NCBI GenBank assembly: GCA_002452095.1
Contig: DKEG01000026.1
Span: forward strand, 442 to 64,441
Origin: Bacteroidales bacterium UBA6828
Lineage (GTDB): Bacteria; Bacteroidota; Bacteroidia; Bacteroidales; Paludibacteraceae
DNA length: 64,000 nucleotides
Direction: 5' to 3'
Part shown: positions 59,801 to 64,000 of the stretch, piece after piece
Numbering within the stretch: position 1 is the stretch's first letter
Layout of the letters: each line of letters starts with the position of its first letter
Position numbers and translations under genes: made by a program
Notes under the pieces: model-generated
Seen by the model: only the letters and a program-made list of their open reading frames with translations
Told to the model about the DNA's origin: nothing
Database searches by the model: none

Positions 59801-59945
59801 AGACCTCCCCGGCAACGAGATACAGAGCCCGATGGCAAAGGTCATCCTCTTCGGACTCTTGTCCTCCACACTGCTCAACGGATTCATCATACCGATTATG
59901 TACTCGCTCGTCGAGAGCAAACACCCCCATACCGACAATAAATGA
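56838..59945 (+). CDS. RND efflux permease, CusA/CzcA heavy-metal family
   Basis: 1035 aa. The N-terminus ([22 protein letters not shown]...[28 protein letters not shown]) is typical of the HME-RND family, and the protein has a 12-TM architecture. Confidence 0.9.
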   Translation: [1035 protein letters not shown]

Positions 59946-60090
59946 AAATAACTAATGTCCGTTCCATATAACTTGTAAATATAGAATTTATGGTTAATTT
60001 GTGGCAATACGGCGTAGCCGTCCGTTTATATAAACACCCTGCCGGCGCGTGTTGTACCGCAAGAAAGGTTTTGTAAGTTTTGGTTTGTTT

Positions 60091-61272
60091 ATGAATAAGA
60101 TAAAAACATTGTGCATTGTGCATTGTGCATTGTGCATTGCCATTTGCGCTTCGGCGCAAGACTGGGCAACTATCCTGCCCGCCATAGAGCAGAACAACAA
60201 GTCGCTGCAAGCCCTGCGGCAAGAAGTAGAGGCGGAGAAAGCCGCCAACCACGTGGGTATCGCCCCCGCCAACCCCGAGGTGGAATGGAGTTACCTGTGG
60301 GGCAGCAATGCGTTGGGCGACCGTATGGACGTTTCGGTGTCGCAGTCGCTGTCGCTGAGTACGCTCTTCGGCTATCGGTCGCGCCTGGCCAAGCAGCAGG
60401 ACTTGCGGGCGGACTTGCGCCTGCGGGTGGAGCGCACGGCGGTGCTGTTGCAGGCGCAGCAGACCTGTATCGACATCGTCTATACCAACGCCATGCTCCA
60501 CGAGTACGGCAGGCGGCTCGCACATGCACAGACGCTGGCGGACGCCTACCGGCAGAAGTTCGAGGCGGGCAATGCCAATGCGCTGGAGTACAACAAAGTG
60601 CGGCTCAACCTCGCTACCGCGCATGGTGAATACCAACGTCTGCTCACCGAGCGTGGCACGCTGACCGACCAACTGACCCTGCTCAACGGCGGCACGCCTA
60701 TCGCACTCACTGACAGCGTCTTTACGCCCGTACTCCCCCCCGCCGACTTTGATACTTGGTATGCCGAGGCGGAGACACACAGCCCGATGCTGGCGTATGT
60801 GCGGCAGGAGGTGGCAGTGGCGCAAGCCGATGCACGCCTGAGCAAGGCGGAGTGGCTGCCCGACCTGACACTGGGGTATCAGACGGAGGGCGTGACGGGC
60901 GATTATTACCAAGGCGTGTCGGTAGGGTTGTCGGTGCCGCTCTGGCAGAACATTCACCGTGTGCGCCAAGCCCAAGCCTCAGCGGCAGCGGTGCAACTGC
61001 GTGCCGACGAGCGGAAACTGGTGTTTCTCTCCACCTTGCGGGCGCAGTACGCTACCGTACAGGGCTTGCAACGGACGTGGCAGGGCTGCTTTGAGGCGTT
61101 GCAACTGACCAACAGTGCTGACCTGCTCCTCCAAGCCTTGCAGGCAGGGCAGATTTCGATGCTCGAGTATATGATGGAACTCTCTATCTACTACGACGCC
61201 ACTGCCCAAGCCCTCTCCGCCCAACGCGACTACTACACCGCCCTCGCCGAACTCCAAGCAGTAACCTTATAA
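60091..61272 (+). CDS. TolC-family outer membrane efflux protein
   Basis: Signal peptide MNKIKTLCIVHCALCIAICASAQ from the ATG at 60091 (track 60049). The body has duplicated coiled-coil/beta repeats typical of the OMF family. Confidence 0.85.
   Translation: MNKIKTLCIVHCALCIAICASAQDWATILPAIEQNNKSLQALRQEVEAEKAANHVGIAPANPEVEWSYLWGSNALGDRMDVSVSQSLSLSTLFGYRSRLAKQQDLRADLRLRVERTAVLLQAQQTCIDIVYTNAMLHEYGRRLAHAQTLADAYRQKFEAGNANALEYNKVRLNLATAHGEYQRLLTERGTLTDQLTLLNGGTPIALTDSVFTPVLPPADFDTWYAEAETHSPMLAYVRQEVAVAQADARLSKAEWLPDLTLGYQTEGVTGDYYQGVSVGLSVPLWQNIHRVRQAQASAAAVQLRADERKLVFLSTLRAQYATVQGLQRTWQGCFEALQLTNSADLLLQALQAGQISMLEYMMELSIYYDATAQALSAQRDYYTALAELQAVTL
60107..60141 (+). repeat. heptanucleotide tract (CATTGTG x4 + CATTGCC) inside the tolC-like signal peptide
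   Basis: Read directly at 60107-60141. Confidence 0.95.
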
Positions 61273-61375
61273 CCACCCTCCAAGCCGTAGCATTATAGCC
61301 GCCCTCCAAGCAGTAGCATTATAGTCGCCCTGTATCTGTCGTTTGGTTTCTATTCTGTGTTGTGCCATACTTGCC

Positions 61376-61463
61376 GGGGACGCGGACGCCCCCGTCCGCG
61401 GTTTTCCGTAAACGGGAGAACATAGTCGGTTGCTCTCCTCCGCGGTCGGTTTGGCACAAACCG
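61376..61463. repeat. GC-rich double-hairpin (REP-like) element, copy 2 with a 44-nt insertion between the hairpins
   Basis: GGGGACGCGGACGCCCCCGTCCGCGG ... TCGGTTTGGCACAAACCG. Compare 29032-29074. Confidence 0.8.
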
Positions 61464-61573
61464 CTCCTTATATTCCTCCTTATTAGGCGTATCAGTCCCA
61501 TTTGTCCCATTGGACTCATTCGCCCCATTTGGCTTATTAGTCTTATTTGCCTTATTAGGCGTATTTTGGGGTA

Positions 61574-61608
61574 TATTGTTTCTTAGCAGGGCGATACCAT
61601 CGCCCGCT
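61574..61608 (+). repeat. 35-nt perfect direct repeat, copy 1 (contains the GGGCGAT-acc-ATCGCCC hairpin)
   Basis: TATTGTTTCTTAGCAGGGCGATACCATCGCCCGCT is identical at 61875-61909. Confidence 0.9.
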
Positions 61609-61628
61609 CCCCCCTTCCCCCTTCTCTC

Positions 61629-61670
61629 TAATCCCTAATCCCTAATCCCTAATCTCTAATCTCTAACCTC
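61629..61670. repeat. heptamer array TAATCCC x3, TAATCTC x2, TAACCTC
   Basis: Read directly. Confidence 0.9.
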
Positions 61671-61700
61671 CCCGCATCTGTCTCGGAACAACTCCATAAG

Positions 61701-61755
61701 ATAACCAGAACATAACCAGAACATAAGCAGAACATAACCGAAACATAACCGATAG
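61701..61755. repeat. 11-mer array x5 (ATAACCAGAAC type)
   Basis: Read directly. Confidence 0.9.
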
Positions 61756-61810
61756 ATATGAATACTTTCGTAATACTTTGCAGCACACCATCCCGTACCC
61801 ATATCGTCCC

Positions 61811-61873
61811 CTAATCCCTCCCCTCTAATCTCTAATCTCTAATCTCTAATCCCTTCTCTCTAACCCCTAATTA
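61811..61873. repeat. heptamer array x9 (CTAATCT / CTAATCC type)
   Basis: Read directly. Confidence 0.9.
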
Positions 61874-61874
61874 G

Positions 61875-61909
61875 TATTGTTTCTTAGCAGGGCGATACCA
61901 TCGCCCGCT
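61875..61909 (+). repeat. 35-nt perfect direct repeat, copy 2
   Basis: Identical to 61574-61608. Confidence 0.9.
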
Positions 61910-62015
61910 TTATGTTTTTCCAAAAACATACATAAAAACGCGGCTTTGCCATACCTGTTGATACCATCATATTGAATATAAATGCCTTATGTTTGCACAT
62001 ATCAAATGTTTATCG

Positions 62016-62023
62016 TAACTTTG
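62016..62023 (+). promoter_or_regulatory. candidate -7 box TAacTTTG for the antitoxin-toxin pair
   Basis: Matches TAnnTTTG, 22 nt before the ATG at 62045. Confidence 0.4.
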
Positions 62024-62044
62024 CAGCGATAAAAAACGAACAAT

Positions 62045-62305
62045 ATGAGTACAGCGGCATTACAAAACATTTTATCCGGCATTCAGGCGCACAACCTGAC
62101 GGCTGCCAATATGCGTTGGTTGGCGGAGCGGTTGTTGGATGCAGCCGATGCGGAGGATAATATCCGTCCCTATACGACAGAGGAATTGGAAGCACGTATT
62201 GCCAAATCAGAGAATGATATCAGGGCGCATAGAACGTATTCTGCGGATGAGGCGCACCATATAATGCAACGAACTATCGGTTCTGCACAACAGAAATGCG
62301 AGTAA
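62045..62305 (+). CDS. putative antitoxin of a RelE/ParE-type pair
   Basis: 86 aa, helical. It overlaps the downstream toxin-like ORF by 10 nt. The call rests on position and size only. Confidence 0.45.
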   Translation: MSTAALQNILSGIQAHNLTAANMRWLAERLLDAADAEDNIRPYTTEELEARIAKSENDIRAHRTYSADEAHHIMQRTIGSAQQKCE

Positions 62306-62602
62306 TTTGGACAGAACAAGCGTTGTCTGCTTGGCAAGAGACGGCAATGTACATATTGGCAAACTTTGGCAAGCCGTCGCAGATGGAATTCTATCAAAAG
62401 ACACTGTCTTGGGAGAAGGCTATCTCGCAAATGCCGAACATTGGCAAAGTAGAACCTCTATTATCCCATTTGCCAAAGATATATCGAAGCGTAGTGGTGT
62501 CACAACAAAATGGTGTATTCGGTGGCGGATGATAGCATTACGATACATGACTTTTGGGACACACGCCGTGAACCAAAGTCTCTCGTCAAAGGCACAGAAT
62601 AA
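62296..62602 (+). pseudogene. RelE/ParE-family toxin interrupted by a +1 frameshift at an A4 run
   Basis: Frame 1 (62296-about 62509) reads MRVIWTEQALSAWQETAMYI...LPKIYRSVVVSQQ. The +1 frame from 62510 reads MVYSVADDSITIHDFWDTRREPKSLVKGTE-stop (62600-62602), a typical ParE/RelE C-terminus. Confidence 0.55.
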
Positions 62603-62806
62603 ATCAGATCCTTTCGTTTATAAAGGCTTGGATTGAGATACGTCCCCGCTGACGGACGATAAACATAGTCAGCAAATGCAAAGACCCGCGCGGTGGGCTT
62701 TCGGTGACGGACACAGCGGTGTCCCGAGAAAGCGGTTGGGTGGGCTTTGTGGACATAATAGTCGCGCAAACGCGCGACAAAGCGTTTACTAACGCTTGCA
62801 AATCGA

Positions 62807-62976
62807 CTATTGAAACGTAGGAAATTTCAAGAATGTCATCCGATAGCAAGACATTAGTAGATGCTCATGGGTGTATCCACACTGGCGTGTACTTGTATAG
62901 GTATGCGCTTGTACGATATACACGCGTGGGTTTCTGCAAGTTTTTTCGATGACATGGTTTCCTACGACCTCAATAG
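62807..62976 (+). other. inverted-repeat-bounded element B (18/19-nt arms, 133-nt interior) upstream of the 63114 gene
   Basis: Arms are CTATTGAAACGTAGGAAA (62807-62824) and TTTCCTACGACCTCAATAG (62958-62976). It is homologous to 49576-49753. Confidence 0.7.
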
Positions 62977-63113
62977 CGGATTTACTAACAGAAGTCCGCG
63001 TTTTTTTGTGTGCCTATACGTGATGTGTATATACCCAACAGGTATTGTGGACAGATGCCTGAGAAAACTGTTATTTACGCGAGTGCCCATAGCAATGTAA
63101 AAAACTAATTTGT

Positions 63114-63746
63114 ATGACTGAACAACAAAGACATCAGTATCAGACCATTATCCATGCTCGGAATTTTCACTACGAGCAGTTTACACGATGGTCAGGGTAT
63201 TTCTATGTGGTTATCGGTGTATTGTTTATCGGGTATTGCTTGATTGTGCAGACTTCTGCAGCAAATACAGCAGATAGCCAAGTATTAGGTTGGGTCGTTC
63301 TATGTATCGGCTACATGGCAAGTGTGGCAAACTATCTGTCTGTCAACGGGTATGTCTATTGGTGGAACCATTGGAATAGCCTTTTGAAGGATTTCGAGAA
63401 AAAAGCATGCACGGAAGAAGAAACGGTGTACAATGCTTTGGCGGAAAAGCCCAAATCGGATAAACAATGTGGTCTGCTCAAAGGTCGTAATATCTCACCT
63501 GAAAAGGTTACGATTGTTTTGGCAGGAATGATGATTTTAGGATGGAGCATCCTGATTGGCTTCCGTGCAAGCAGTTGGATGGTAAACCTGCTCGGCATAG
63601 ATGATTGTTGCCATCCGTATGTACCGTGGGTTACTGCGATAGTACTATGGATAATCTTTCCGCTATTGTCCCTATTGTCTTATTGCAAATCGATGCATAT
63701 AGGCAAGAGTAAACATACAGATTCAAACGTAAAAAAATCAAAATAA
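63114..63746 (+). CDS. four-TM membrane protein, function unknown
   Basis: 210-aa ORF with four hydrophobic helices and a basic C-terminal tail, in a lower-GC region. Confidence 0.5.
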   Translation: MTEQQRHQYQTIIHARNFHYEQFTRWSGYFYVVIGVLFIGYCLIVQTSAANTADSQVLGWVVLCIGYMASVANYLSVNGYVYWWNHWNSLLKDFEKKACTEEETVYNALAEKPKSDKQCGLLKGRNISPEKVTIVLAGMMILGWSILIGFRASSWMVNLLGIDDCCHPYVPWVTAIVLWIIFPLLSLLSYCKSMHIGKSKHTDSNVKKSK

Positions 63747-63758
63747 ATCTATTGTATT

Positions 63759-64000
63759 ATGAAGACAAAAACCTATCTCATTATGAGTATTGCCCTACTG
63801 ATGGGAGTATCAGCAGGGGCGGACGATGTATGGAACTACAAAGTCTATGACGACTGCAGCATGAACGGCTATAAGGTTAGCCATGTGTCCGCCCCTCCCG
63901 CTGACTTACAAGCCGTTGACCTTGGTTTACCCAGCGGGCTGAAATGGGCATCATGTAATGTAGGTGCCACCACACCCGAAGAGTCAGGAGGCTACTACGC
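63759..64000 (+). CDS. secreted/lipoprotein fragment (continues beyond window)
   Basis: The ATG at 63759 gives the signal peptide MKTKTYLIMSIALLMGVSAGA. The motif LPSGLKWASCNVGATTPEESGGYY resembles DUF1566/FISUMP-like proteins as I recall them. The gene is truncated by the window end. Confidence 0.45.
   Translation, partial: MKTKTYLIMSIALLMGVSAGADDVWNYKVYDDCSMNGYKVSHVSAPPADLQAVDLGLPSGLKWASCNVGATTPEESGGYY

Noticed and set aside
61629-61873. Telomere-like appearance of the TAATCCC/CTAATCT heptamer arrays.
   Set aside because: The unit differs from known telomeric repeats (for example CCCTAAA). The arrays are short and internal, and they are one of many unrelated heptamer arrays in this bacterial window.
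61574-61909. Possible CRISPR array, considered because of the identical 35-nt repeats with an internal hairpin. The 11-nt arrays at 28672-28792 were considered too.
   Set aside because: There are only two copies of the 35-mer, spaced 301 bp apart, which is far beyond spacer size. The interior is itself simple repeats. The other arrays have 7-11 nt units without spacers. No cas genes are present.
1-64000. Scan for tRNA, rRNA, tmRNA, RNase P, riboswitch-like sequences, transposase or integrase genes, and phage genes.
   Set aside because: I recognised none by eye in any intergenic region or ORF translation. This negative result is weak without covariance-model and HMM searches.

Overview
A 64 kb chromosomal segment that reads as Bacteroidota, probably Bacteroidales and Prevotella-like. 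That assignment is an inference from four things: T9SS-type C-terminal tails, a bamD-rpoZ-coaBC gene order, TAnnTTTG -7 boxes, and lipoprotein or signal peptides with no Shine-Dalgarno sequences. No search or tool was run. All product calls come from motifs read in the supplied translations.

Layout:
- 377-17692: six co-directional genes for very large, repeat-built secreted proteins plus a beta-barrel protein. None matches a family I can name.
- 18101-23544, minus strand: housekeeping block coaBC, rpoZ, bamD, nadD, gmk, gltX.
- 23946-35044: two tandem paralogous giant FN3-rich surface proteins (1575 and 1849 aa), separated by an 820 bp region made almost entirely of repeats.
- 35205-45000: ileS, a flavodoxin/ferredoxin fusion, a lipoprotein, an AsmA-like protein and dcp.
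- 45071-49489, minus strand: a type III restriction-modification system (mod-res). The central target-recognition segment of mod is sharply AT-rich.
- 50163-61272: a membrane protein, mpl, and a heavy-metal-type RND efflux set. The adaptor gene is separated from the pump and outer-membrane genes by five inserted genes, including an ECF sigma factor with a C-terminal TM helix.
- 61273-64000: a repeat-only stretch, a toxin-antitoxin pair with a frameshifted toxin, and lower-GC accessory genes.

The most unusual signals are at the DNA level:
- Two about 230 bp homologous elements, each with covarying 18-19 nt inverted repeats. One lies just upstream of mod and the other upstream of a membrane-protein gene.
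- Several families of GC-rich hairpin elements, some inserted in frame into gltX and mod.
- Short 7-, 9- and 11-nt tandem repeats in most intergenic regions examined. Some overlap gene termini (coaBC, gltX), sit inside nadD, or sit inside the signal peptide of the tolC-like gene.

No tRNA, rRNA, CRISPR array, transposase or recombinase gene was recognised.
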